Assembly (NCBI GenBank): GCA_032123355.1
Contig: JAQBFM010000079.1
Span: 1 to 54,837 of the forward strand
Length of the DNA: 54,837 bases
Direction: 5' to 3'
DNA from: Lentisphaerales bacterium
Lineage (GTDB): Bacteria; Verrucomicrobiota; Kiritimatiellia; SPBP01
The notes under the pieces are model-generated. The model was not told the DNA's origin. It saw only the letters and a list, made by a program, of their open reading frames with translations, and searched no databases. This document shows positions 30,047 through 39,056 of the stretch, in pieces (position 1 is the first letter of the stretch; every line of letters begins with the position of its first letter). A program made the position numbers and the translations under genes.

Positions 30047-30727
30047 TCAACGGCGGATGGTCTCAAAATCCCAGTAGTTCACGTAGGCAAAAGGTGTTTC
30101 CCCGCGGTTCAGAAGCAAGCCGGAGCGTAATGTGACCTGGTCACTGTTCCGGATCTCCTGCGACTTCCACCACTGCCCATCGGCCAGACGGGCCTGAGGA
30201 CTCTCGTCCGACTTCCACACTGTTTCAGTACCGTATGTTATTTCAATGGCAACGGCAACGATATCGCCCAGCTTCGCGATCGTGCGAGGATGCAGGTACA
30301 TCTCGCTCATGTGATCCTTGCCATCGCCGACATCAGTGTATGTAACATCGCCCTCAAGAAGTGAATACGGTGTCTCCGCATCTTTATCCTTGGTAAGCAT
30401 GAGCACATAGAAACGGCACGAGAGCGTATTCATCCATTCAGGCTTTGAATCGTAGACTACCCTGACCCTTCCCCAATCCGGAGAGCGGGCCTTCCTGGAC
30501 GGCTCCGAATTGCGAATATTGTACTCAGGCGCCCGAACCTGAATGGACTGAGATAGCGTTTGAATCTTGAGATTCTCAGAGGCGTCTCCCTCTGATCCCT
30601 TTACCCCGGAGGCGGCGGATCCTCCGCGAACAGGCCTTCGTATCTGTCCCATCGACTGATGAATAGCAACAACGCACGCCACAGCCAATGAGATTATCAA
30701 TACATGCCGCAATCCACACTTATGCAT
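30047..30727 (-). CDS. Secreted protein, Amuc_1102-like first gene of the pilus-like locus
   Basis: Signal peptide, SD aaggag; beta-rich domain (W..V.V.Y, FYVL, G.VTY, MYLHP); assignment mainly from gene order. Confidence 0.6.
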   Translation of the reverse strand: MHKCGLRHVLIISLAVACVVAIHQSMGQIRRPVRGGSAASGVKGSEGDASENLKIQTLSQSIQVRAPEYNIRNSEPSRKARSPDWGRVRVVYDSKPEWMNTLSCRFYVLMLTKDKDAETPYSLLEGDVTYTDVGDGKDHMSEMYLHPRTIAKLGDIVAVAIEITYGTETVWKSDESPQARLADGQWWKSQEIRNSDQVTLRSGLLLNRGETPFAYVNYWDFETIRR

Positions 30728-30921
30728 CGCAAGACACTCCTTTCAAAAAGTCGCCGTGAACTGGCAATAGGCAAAAGAGCACGTCACTATAGGAATTTTT
30801 CGGCACCAAGAGCAAACAAAAAAGCTGATCTCGCCCCTTTTTTCCAGCCGCCGCCACACGGCCATGCATTCTGTACCACCATTCCGCACTTGGCCGAATC
30901 AAACGCCCTGCAACTGACATG

Positions 30922-30950
30922 TTGTAAAGCGACTCATGATCGTATATAAT
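30922..30950 (+). promoter_or_regulatory. sigma70-type promoter for the DJ-1 family gene
   Basis: TTGTAA-17 bp-TATAAT. Confidence 0.7.
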
Positions 30951-30979
30951 TAAGGACTCAATCAGGAGTGTACTGTCTC

Positions 30980-31537
30980 ATGAACTCGTTGATACCCGTC
31001 GCCGATGGAATCGAAGAAATGGAGACCGTCATCATTATCGACATTCTCCGACGTGCCGGAGGCAAAGTTGTGGTTGCGGGGTTGGGCGATACGCGCATTA
31101 CCGCATCCAGGGGTGTTCAAATCATCGCTGACCGACCATGGCTCGAGGCGGATCCCTCATGTTTCGATGCCCTCGTCATCCCGGGCGGCGCGGGCGGAGT
31201 GCGTCTGCTCGCTGCTGAGCCCACAGTACTTGACGCCGTACGATCCTTTGCCGACACGGGAAGGCTCCTTGCCGCCATATGCGCCGCGCCGCTCATCCTT
31301 CACGCAGCCGGAGTCATCGAGGGCCGAAGAATCGCCTGTCACCCCTCAATTGAAGCCAGTCTATCCGGAGCCATAGTGGTCCGTGAGCCGGTCGTAGTCG
31401 ATGGTCATATCGTGACAAGCCGTGGGGCGGGCACTGCCATCGAGTTCGCACTGAGAATACTTGACCTCACAGGCCAGGAATCGGCCGCGACTGGCATAGC
31501 GTCGGCAATACTCCACGAGCGATATCCGCACTGCTAG
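30980..31537 (+). CDS. DJ-1/PfpI (YajL/ThiJ) family protein
   Basis: GIEEME, DILRRAG, IPGG, AAICAAP (catalytic Cys), TSRGAGTA. Confidence 0.94.
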   Translation: MNSLIPVADGIEEMETVIIIDILRRAGGKVVVAGLGDTRITASRGVQIIADRPWLEADPSCFDALVIPGGAGGVRLLAAEPTVLDAVRSFADTGRLLAAICAAPLILHAAGVIEGRRIACHPSIEASLSGAIVVREPVVVDGHIVTSRGAGTAIEFALRILDLTGQESAATGIASAILHERYPHC

Positions 31538-31552
31538 GACGTCTGACCGCGG

Positions 31553-31969
31553 TCAGCGTCGTCTTCTGCGCGCGCGGGTTCTTGCTTCGCTCACAACAAT
31601 TCGCCGTCCGCCGACCTCTTGCGAATTCATCCCCTTGATCGCCGCGTGCCCATCCTGCGCGCTGATCATGGTCACAAATCCATAGCCTTTTGAAGCGCCC
31701 GACTTCTTGTTCTCAACTATTCGGATCGATCCGACACCCCCGAACTTTGAGAACAAGTTCCTTACCTGGGACTCACCCGCATCGTACGGCAGATTGCCAA
31801 TATAGAGCTCCATTCCACCTGCGGGCTTGCCACGAGACTCCGACCGCTTCGCGCCTGAACCTGATCCCGGGATCAGCCTCCCAAGAACTACGCCGGCGAC
31901 AAACCATGCAAGCGAAGCGACTGCGAGGATATACTCAGTGTTGTTTCTCACAATTTCCTGAATTGCCAT
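31553..31969 (-). CDS. RRM RNA-binding protein with N-terminal transmembrane helix
   Basis: ILAVASLAWFVAGVVLG hydrophobic helix; RNP2 LYIGNL, RNP1 KGYGFVTM; Arg-rich tail. Confidence 0.88.
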   Translation of the reverse strand: MAIQEIVRNNTEYILAVASLAWFVAGVVLGRLIPGSGSGAKRSESRGKPAGGMELYIGNLPYDAGESQVRNLFSKFGGVGSIRIVENKKSGASKGYGFVTMISAQDGHAAIKGMNSQEVGGRRIVVSEARTRARRRRR

Positions 31970-32016
31970 AATGCTTATTCCCCTTATTATTCTCTTTCCT
32001 CATACCAGGCATCGAC

Positions 32017-34101
32017 CTATCGCGCTTCGAGGAAGCCCTCAAGCTTGCGAATTCGCGTGGGATGCCTCAACTTGCGGAGTGCCTTTGCCTCAATCTGCCG
32101 GATTCTTTCTCGGGTCACCGCAAACTGTTTCCCGACCTCTTCAAGGGTCCTGGAATAACCGTCTGCTAATCCGAACCTGAGGTTCAGCACCTCCCTCTCT
32201 CTCGGCGTCAGCGTATGAAGCACATCCTTCAGCCTCTCCTTCAACAGGCTGTAGGCTGTCATCTCGGATGGGTTCTCAGCGGACTTATCTTCAATAAAGT
32301 CGCCAAAGTGCGCATCCTCTCCATCACCTACCGGGCTCTGCAGCGAAATCGGCTGTTGAGCCATCTTATATACGGCCCTGACCCGTTCCACCGGCAGGCC
32401 CATCTCATCAGCTGCCTCTTCTGGGGTTGGCTCCCGACCAAGCTCCTGGACAAGCCTCTTCTGGACCCGCAGCAGCTTGTTGATCGTTTCGATCATGTGA
32501 ACGGGGATCCTGATCGTCCGGGCCTGGTCTGCAATCGCCCTCGTTGCAGCCTGACGAATCCACCATGTAGCGTAGGTGCTGAACTTGTAACCACGGCGGT
32601 ACTCAAACTTCTCCACCGCCTTCATCAGTCCCGTATTGCCTTCCTGGATCAGGTCAAGAAATGAAAGACCGCGATTCATGTATTTCTTTACGATACTGAT
32701 CACCAACCGCAGATTCGCCTCGACCATCTCCGTGCGTGCCCGTTCGCCCTTTCGCATGTCAGCCTTCAGCGTCTTGAAGGCCTCGTCAAGATCCGCCGGC
32801 GTCATGCAAGCTTCGAGCGCATGCCCCTTTATCGCCGTCTCGAACTGCTTGATTCCCTCTGCTCGTTTCTTACTCTTTCGTTTCGCAGTGAACATCTCCA
32901 GCTCTGTCATGTCCTTGCGAAAAGCAACGTAAATTCCATCAATTGCCGCCTGCGTCAGTGACTCCACAACTTTCTGCTTGAAGTAAAGAGAGTCATACAA
33001 TGCCGACGTCTTCTGTCGCGCTTTCTCCAACAGCTTACCTCGCCGCGTCCGCTCACTGTTCGACATCTGTTTCCGCAGCGTTGCCATGAATGCCTTTGCC
33101 TGGATCTCGCGAGCCCGTACTACACTCCTCTTAAGACTAGGAAGCTTCTTTATGTAATCCCACCGGCTGTCGACATACTTATCCTGAATAACCCTGTCGA
33201 ATCTTTCTCCCCCGCTCTCGATCCTTTCAACAAGATCAAGGTACATATCTCCCGCACATCCCATCCGGTTAAAGAGGCCCCTCGTGGATATCTCGGCATC
33301 CTCGATTCGCTTGCAGATCTCGACTTCCTGCTCGCGCGTCAATAGCGGTACCTGTCCCATCTGGTGGAGGTACATCCGGATCGGGTCGTCGAACATGTCG
33401 AACCGTTCGGCTCGAGCAGTCTTCTCATCCTTTTCCGCCTGCTTCTTGTGCTTCTCGACCTCTGACTCCTCAATTATCTCAATCTCCATTTCGCGGAGAA
33501 GGAGCAGGTACGCCTCGAGCTCTTCGGGGTCGACAACACTGTCCGGCAGGGCCTCGTTGATGTCCTGGAAAGTGAGATAGCCCTGATCTTCGGCAAGACG
33601 GATCAGCTCTTTAAGCTTCTGGTTCCGCTCCGCCTTCTTCTGATCCGCCTGCTCCTCGGTCATCTGCTCTTCGTCGACCACCTTAAGATCGATACGCCCA
33701 CTCCTGGCCGATTTCTTGCGTGCCAGAGACTTAGTGGCAGCAGCCGAGCGCTTAAGAAGCTTTTGCTTCTTTACGGATCCTGCCCGAGCGGAGATCTTCT
33801 TCGCATCTGACCCAGCCTTCTTGCGTTTCAGCTTGGCCACTACGACTTTCCTGCCGACGGCAACTTTCCGCTTCTTTGCGGCGATGGGCTCGCGTGCAGA
33901 TTTCTTGGGCTTGCTTTTCGTGGGACGCACAGTCTTCTTCCGTGCAACCGATCCTGCACGGCTCTTCTTCGCACTCTTCCGAGTCACCCCGGATTTAGAG
34001 ATCTTCTTCCGCCCTGACGCCTTGGCCTTACTGACTCTCTTCGGAGCAGCCGCGCTTCGCCGCTTCTGCTTCTTGCCTTTTGGTTTCGAGCTCTTTGCCA
34101 T
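32017..34101 (-). CDS. rpoD: RNA polymerase primary sigma factor RpoD
   Basis: [61 protein letters not shown]; start set at ATG 34101 after SD ggag. Confidence 0.97.
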   Translation of the reverse strand: MAKSSKPKGKKQKRRSAAAPKRVSKAKASGRKKISKSGVTRKSAKKSRAGSVARKKTVRPTKSKPKKSAREPIAAKKRKVAVGRKVVVAKLKRKKAGSDAKKISARAGSVKKQKLLKRSAAATKSLARKKSARSGRIDLKVVDEEQMTEEQADQKKAERNQKLKELIRLAEDQGYLTFQDINEALPDSVVDPEELEAYLLLLREMEIEIIEESEVEKHKKQAEKDEKTARAERFDMFDDPIRMYLHQMGQVPLLTREQEVEICKRIEDAEISTRGLFNRMGCAGDMYLDLVERIESGGERFDRVIQDKYVDSRWDYIKKLPSLKRSVVRAREIQAKAFMATLRKQMSNSERTRRGKLLEKARQKTSALYDSLYFKQKVVESLTQAAIDGIYVAFRKDMTELEMFTAKRKSKKRAEGIKQFETAIKGHALEACMTPADLDEAFKTLKADMRKGERARTEMVEANLRLVISIVKKYMNRGLSFLDLIQEGNTGLMKAVEKFEYRRGYKFSTYATWWIRQAATRAIADQARTIRIPVHMIETINKLLRVQKRLVQELGREPTPEEAADEMGLPVERVRAVYKMAQQPISLQSPVGDGEDAHFGDFIEDKSAENPSEMTAYSLLKERLKDVLHTLTPREREVLNLRFGLADGYSRTLEEVGKQFAVTRERIRQIEAKALRKLRHPTRIRKLEGFLEAR

Positions 34102-34701
34102 TATAACTCCATCAAACGCCAGGATTACGGATACACCCCACCCATTATACATCCCAATGGGACGAACGCCAAGCAATCGATTAGTTTGCCATCTGAGGAA
34201 ACGCTTCTCAAGCAGTAAAACCGAAAAAGAATGAGGCCAGAATCTGACGGACATCGGGCACTTTCCCGCCATACCAAGCACATATCCGCATCTGAAAACG
34301 GGAAACTGAACCTTGTACTCTAATGCTCCACACCAATCGCCAAGGCGGCGATGATGCCCACACAACGGACCGGCCGGTCGTACAGAAACATGCCGGTCAT
34401 ACAACATACACTCCAAATACACTCCAAACATGCGGCAAAACACAGACCCGCTGTTGCTGCGCTTCCCGTCCGATGAATGCGATTCAAAGGCGTCAATATG
34501 CTGTCAACATCCGCCGGTTGAACATTCGTTTGCGCGGTACCCCGCCGAAATCGCAATGTGACTAACCACAAAAAGACATCCGAAAGACAGGCTGAAAGCT
34601 TGACGCATGTGCCGCTTACGAGTAACAATGCAGACTGAATTATGGCATGGGTTCACACAATCCAGCTAGGCTTGTGTGTTGTGTAGACAAGGAGAACTAC
34701 A

Positions 34702-35604
34702 GTGAACAAAGGGTTTGCTATCGCAGCTATCGCGATTACCGCGTTTGCCCTTGCAGTTGTGCCGGAAACGGATGCCGCAAGGTTTCAGGACGAGTTTCAG
34801 TTGCTCAAGATCACGGGGACCTGCGAGGCAAAACTGCCCAGCGCCCGCGAATCCGACGCCGCGATTGAAGGTAAAATGTATCCCTACGGCACCACCCTTA
34901 AGACGGGTGCGGACTCTTCGGCAATACTCAGGCTATCATCCGGAAACGGGTTCCGCGTATTCGCCAAAACCACGATTGTAATCGCTGAAAGCGGCGCAGG
35001 AAGCCGAACCAAGATCCTGAAGCTCGATGCCGGCAGTGTGCAGGTGGTGCTTGAACCCAGCTTCCGAAAAGAGAATGAGCTGAAGGTAGAAACCCCGAGC
35101 GCCGTGTGCACAGCCATCGGCTGCGATTTCACTGTTGAGTACTATCTCGTTGGTGACCTGAAGACAACAATTGTAACGTGCGCCGAGGGCGAAGTTTCCA
35201 TTGATGAAACACTATTCTCTCTCTCCGGTCTTACGGAAGACGAACAGCTGACGGTGTCGGAATCACCGGACGGCACTTTCGTCAGAATCAAAGTGGTCAA
35301 AGGCGACGTGTCCGCGGATGTTCTTGAATCTGACAGCGGGAAGCGGCGGCTGGAGATGGCCACGGGCGACGAACTGGAAATCATGACCAAGCAGGCGGAC
35401 AGCAATCCCGACCGTATAGACGTCGTTTACAAGTTCGCGCCACTTGAAGGAGAACTGGTCGTTATCAGCACTCAGCTCGGCAAGGTAGAATCGGTGATCA
35501 TGGGCCCAACTGACCTGATGGCTGCCCCTGAAGATTGGCCCAATGTAACTGTAGTGACCCCAACCATCTGGGAGCAATCGTATACGCCGGTCGGCAGGCG
35601 GTAG
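34702..35604 (+). CDS. Secreted FecR-domain protein
   Basis: GTG start after SD aaggag; signal peptide; LKTGADSSAIL, L..G.V, VETPSAVC..IG..F FecR pattern. Confidence 0.7.
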   Translation: MNKGFAIAAIAITAFALAVVPETDAARFQDEFQLLKITGTCEAKLPSARESDAAIEGKMYPYGTTLKTGADSSAILRLSSGNGFRVFAKTTIVIAESGAGSRTKILKLDAGSVQVVLEPSFRKENELKVETPSAVCTAIGCDFTVEYYLVGDLKTTIVTCAEGEVSIDETLFSLSGLTEDEQLTVSESPDGTFVRIKVVKGDVSADVLESDSGKRRLEMATGDELEIMTKQADSNPDRIDVVYKFAPLEGELVVISTQLGKVESVIMGPTDLMAAPEDWPNVTVVTPTIWEQSYTPVGRR

Positions 35605-35697
35605 CAGCCCGACAGGGCTCGCGATCTGCGTGCTTGTCATCTGCATATCCGTAGTTCAATCCAATGCGGCGTAATGTGTTCCTCGACAAAGACGTCA

Positions 35698-37479
35698 ATG
35701 AGTGACAAGTCCACATCTATCGAAAGTTCGCCTAAGTCGCCCAGACCGCCTGCTCCGAAACCATACCGCTTCGTATTCGGCCCCATGCGGAAGAGGCTTA
35801 TTCTTATCTTCGGCGGCGTGGTGGTTTTCTCCTTCCTCCTTGGGTACGGACCAGGCAGTTGTATTAGAATGAGCTCCGTAGCAACCGACGACTCCCCCAC
35901 CGTGGGCGGCATGGCTGTTAAACCTATCGAACTGCAGGAAGCGCGTCGGCTCGCAATTGTTCAATACTGCCTGTCTTTCGGCGACAAGCCCAGGAACAAC
36001 GAAGAGGATATGAACCTTATCGATCGAACCGCGTGGTCTCATGTCGCTGCCCGACGCCTTGCCGAGCGGCTCGGAATGATGACAGGCACAGATGAGCTCA
36101 GGGAGGAAATAGAACGAACCTTTTCAAAGGACGGAAAATACGACCCCGTCGAGTACGAGAGACAGAAAGGTCTTCTTGCCATGAATTTCGGCATCGGTCC
36201 GGCAGACTTTGAGTCATACATCAGGAGCAACCTCACTGTAAGAAAGCTGCTCGACGTCATGTCTGCCGCATGCTGGATTCCGCCGTTCGAAGTACATCGG
36301 TACATGTCCCGCTATACAGATTCCTTTGTTCTCGATTACGCGCACCTGCCTGTTCAAGTGGCCGACACCGATATTAAGATAACACTCGACGACATGCTCT
36401 CGTTCCACGAAGACAATCCCTCTATGTTCCAGGAGCCAGAGATGCGGCGCGTGAACTATGTTGCGTTCCCTCTCTCTGATTACATGGACGAGACATCCGT
36501 CACCGATAAGGAAGCAAGGGACCTGTATGACAGGAACTACGAGGACTACATATCCATCGATACCAATAACCTTGAGTCTATCATTCCATTTGAAGATGTG
36601 CGTGATGAGATCCGCGATGAGATCCGCACCGATATGGCCAGGGATATGGCCGAACGGAAAGCCATGGATTTAGTGCTCGCCATTCCAACGGACGCTGTAG
36701 AGACAACCAAGGCCTTCGACACCACATGCGCCGCATACCAGTTAGAGCCTTCTCTGTCGCCTTACTTCGCTCGATACGATGACGTGCTCGACATCGTGGA
36801 TGCGCATGACTTCGCTGAGGCGACTTTCGAACTCATCGAGGGCGACGCGCAACGTTCTTTCAGTGATCCCGTCACGTGCGGAGACAGGGTCTTCGTGCTG
36901 TCACTTGACTCAATTCTTCCCACGCGCACCGCGGCTTTTGAGTCAGTATCAAATCGAGTGCAAACACTTGTGCTGAGCAAGGCCCTTGCAGAACTGCGGG
37001 AATCAAGGTCGCAGGATATTGCTGATACCGTCAAGCTGGCGGTAAAGGCGGGGACCAATTTTGCGGATGCAGTCCTTCCCTTCGGAGCAGAGCCGTTTCG
37101 GACAGATCCTTTTTCTCTCTTTTCTCCCGACACCAACATGCCGCAAAGCCAGGCCTTTCTGACCGCAGTCGCCTCTCGTCACGCCGGAGAATTCGCGGAA
37201 CCCATCATCGAAACAAACGGCGTGCTTGTGGCCTTTGTGGCCGAGCGGAAACCGGGCGACCTTGGTCTGGACCCCCGGTATGTGGTCCACCTGCTAAAAC
37301 AGGAGCGGGGTAGCCTCGTGTATCAGGATTGGCTTGCCCAGGAGTTGAAAGAGGTTGATTTCGCAGGAGAAAATGCGTCTCGATCATCCGACGACGAGCC
37401 CGAACCGGATGCCACGGAATCTGAAGACGACTCCCTTCAATCTGATGATCAATCGCAGGTGCCAGTCGACACCGAGTAG
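35698..37479 (+). CDS. SurA N-terminal / PpiD-like periplasmic chaperone
   Basis: N-terminal TM; EL...I...F..DG.YD..Y; F...E.R.V.YV.F; PFS...P; acidic tail; start 35674 or 35698. Confidence 0.72.
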   Translation: MSDKSTSIESSPKSPRPPAPKPYRFVFGPMRKRLILIFGGVVVFSFLLGYGPGSCIRMSSVATDDSPTVGGMAVKPIELQEARRLAIVQYCLSFGDKPRNNEEDMNLIDRTAWSHVAARRLAERLGMMTGTDELREEIERTFSKDGKYDPVEYERQKGLLAMNFGIGPADFESYIRSNLTVRKLLDVMSAACWIPPFEVHRYMSRYTDSFVLDYAHLPVQVADTDIKITLDDMLSFHEDNPSMFQEPEMRRVNYVAFPLSDYMDETSVTDKEARDLYDRNYEDYISIDTNNLESIIPFEDVRDEIRDEIRTDMARDMAERKAMDLVLAIPTDAVETTKAFDTTCAAYQLEPSLSPYFARYDDVLDIVDAHDFAEATFELIEGDAQRSFSDPVTCGDRVFVLSLDSILPTRTAAFESVSNRVQTLVLSKALAELRESRSQDIADTVKLAVKAGTNFADAVLPFGAEPFRTDPFSLFSPDTNMPQSQAFLTAVASRHAGEFAEPIIETNGVLVAFVAERKPGDLGLDPRYVVHLLKQERGSLVYQDWLAQELKEVDFAGENASRSSDDEPEPDATESEDDSLQSDDQSQVPVDTE

Positions 37480-37499
37480 CGCCTCATCTGCCATCCCCA

Positions 37500-37557
37500 C
37501 TAGCAGGGCTAGGGCTTTGACCCGCCGCAGGCAGGGCTAAGTCCGACGCACTGCTAG
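37500..37557. repeat. CTAG-bounded palindromic mini-element, copy 2
   Basis: ctagcag...ctgctag ends; right arm aagtccgacgcactgctag resembles copy 1 arms; inner cccgccgcaggcaggg. Confidence 0.7.
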
Positions 37558-37584
37558 AGAAAACTAGCCAGCTTCGCTGAAAGT

Positions 37585-37605
37585 GTTCAGGGGTTCAGAG
37601 TTCAG
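37585..37605. repeat. 7-bp tandem repeat
   Basis: gttcagg gttcaga gttcagg. Confidence 0.7.
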
Positions 37606-37690
37606 GAGGCCACCGGCGCTCGGACTCCGGCAGGTGCTTCTCCAGTGATTTGTCAAGACCGTTGAGCATTCGGATGCAAAGAAACGTAGC

Positions 37691-38683
37691 TTAAGGAGCT
37701 ATATCCACACGTCTCCCACAGTCGGCACATGAGCCATCTATCGTACCCCGGAGTTCCGTCATGTACCCGCGCCTGGTGACAAGCGTCGCACTACAGCCCG
37801 GGCACACCGTATTCTGCCCCTCCCCCGTGGTGTTCCCCAGGTATACGTAAGACAGAGCAGCACGGCTAACCTTCCACGCGCTCTCCATAAGAGAATACGG
37901 CGTCGACTTTATCGAGAGTTTGTATTGCGGTCTGTATGCGCTGATATGAAGGGGCGTACCAGGGCCCAGGTTCCCGGCAATCCATTCCGCAAGTGCATGG
38001 ACCTCGTCATCAGAACTGTTCAGTCCGGGAATCAGCAGGTTCGTGATTTCAACGTGACATCCTGCTTCGACCGCCTGCTTCGCGAAGTCCAGCACCGGGG
38101 CAAGTCGGCCACCGCAATGCATACGATAGAACTCCTCGTTCATGCTCTTGATGTCGATGTTCAGCGCGTCAACAAGAGGAAGGAGATCAGATGCCGGGCC
38201 ACGTTCGATGTATCCGTTGGTGACCAGCACGTTTTTCAGGCCGGCTTTCCGCACAGCTTGAGCGCAGTCCTGAACAAACTCGATCCCAACGAGCGGCTCG
38301 TTGTACGTATAGGCAACGCCAATCGATCCGGCAGAGCCCGCATCGGCCACAATTCCTGATGGATCCACATCACCTGCCCCCGACTCCACACGCTGCGATA
38401 TCGTCCAGTTCTGACAAAACTCACAAGCGAAGTTACAACCCCATCCCCCGATGCTGAATATTCGTGAGCCCGGGTGAAAATGGTAGAGCGGCTTCTTCTC
38501 TATCGGGTCAATGGCAGCCGAGGAAATCTTGCCGTAACCGCATGCATACAGGACGCCCCCCGACGCTCTGCGGATCCCGCACCGACCAGTCGCCCCCTCT
38601 GCAAGCCTGCACCGATGAGGACACAGCCCGCAGCGCACGCCGCCATCGTCAGCAGTCACCCAGTAACGTGCCTTCTTGTTCAC
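37691..38683 (-). CDS. AmmeMemoRadiSam system radical SAM enzyme
   Basis: N-terminal CGLCPHRC, DPIEKKPLYHFHPG, GCNFACEFCQNW (CxxxCxxC), YTYNEP, C-terminal CPGC. Confidence 0.92.
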   Translation of the reverse strand: MNKKARYWVTADDGGVRCGLCPHRCRLAEGATGRCGIRRASGGVLYACGYGKISSAAIDPIEKKPLYHFHPGSRIFSIGGWGCNFACEFCQNWTISQRVESGAGDVDPSGIVADAGSAGSIGVAYTYNEPLVGIEFVQDCAQAVRKAGLKNVLVTNGYIERGPASDLLPLVDALNIDIKSMNEEFYRMHCGGRLAPVLDFAKQAVEAGCHVEITNLLIPGLNSSDDEVHALAEWIAGNLGPGTPLHISAYRPQYKLSIKSTPYSLMESAWKVSRAALSYVYLGNTTGEGQNTVCPGCSATLVTRRGYMTELRGTIDGSCADCGRRVDIAP

Positions 38684-38805
38684 GGCAATCAGCTATCACA
38701 AAACTGCTCTCCGCGCAAGCCGGTCGTGAAAACAGACGCCTGCATTGATGTCGCGCCCTCATTACCGTTCCACTCCTGATTCCATCTTGAAGGTCCATCT
38801 GTTAC

Positions 38806-38850
38806 TCGTCCTCGTCCTCAGTGAGCGTAGCAAACGGTCCTCGTCCTCGG
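38806..38850. repeat. GTCCTC-linker repeat element shared with the 51.4-51.8 kb mosaic
   Basis: tcgtcctcgtcctcagtgag...aacggtcctcgtcctcg; compare 51592-51631 gtcctcagtgag...aacggtcctcgt. Confidence 0.75.
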
Positions 38851-39056
38851 ATGTTGAGTGCGGAGTCAGGAATCATGCCGGATCGCACATACCCATACCC
38901 ATCCGCGTTGATCGGCGGTCAGTTTCCCGCAGTTCTGCCGAAACCTGACACATGACCACTGACGACCGGCTTCCTCCTTGCCGGCTCTTCATGTGGCGTG
39001 TAAAGTCGTGCCGGGTTCGACATCACGGCCACCAGTGCAGGTAACGGGCATCACGA

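Noticed and set aside
30728-30920. sigma54 -24/-12 promoter for the pilus-like operon (also sought at 48577-48763)
   Set aside because: No TGGCAC-N5-TTGC match on either strand by eye
34102-34443. Extra 114-aa N-terminus of RpoD from the ORF track
   Set aside because: Composition is not protein-like; a good SD precedes ATG 34101
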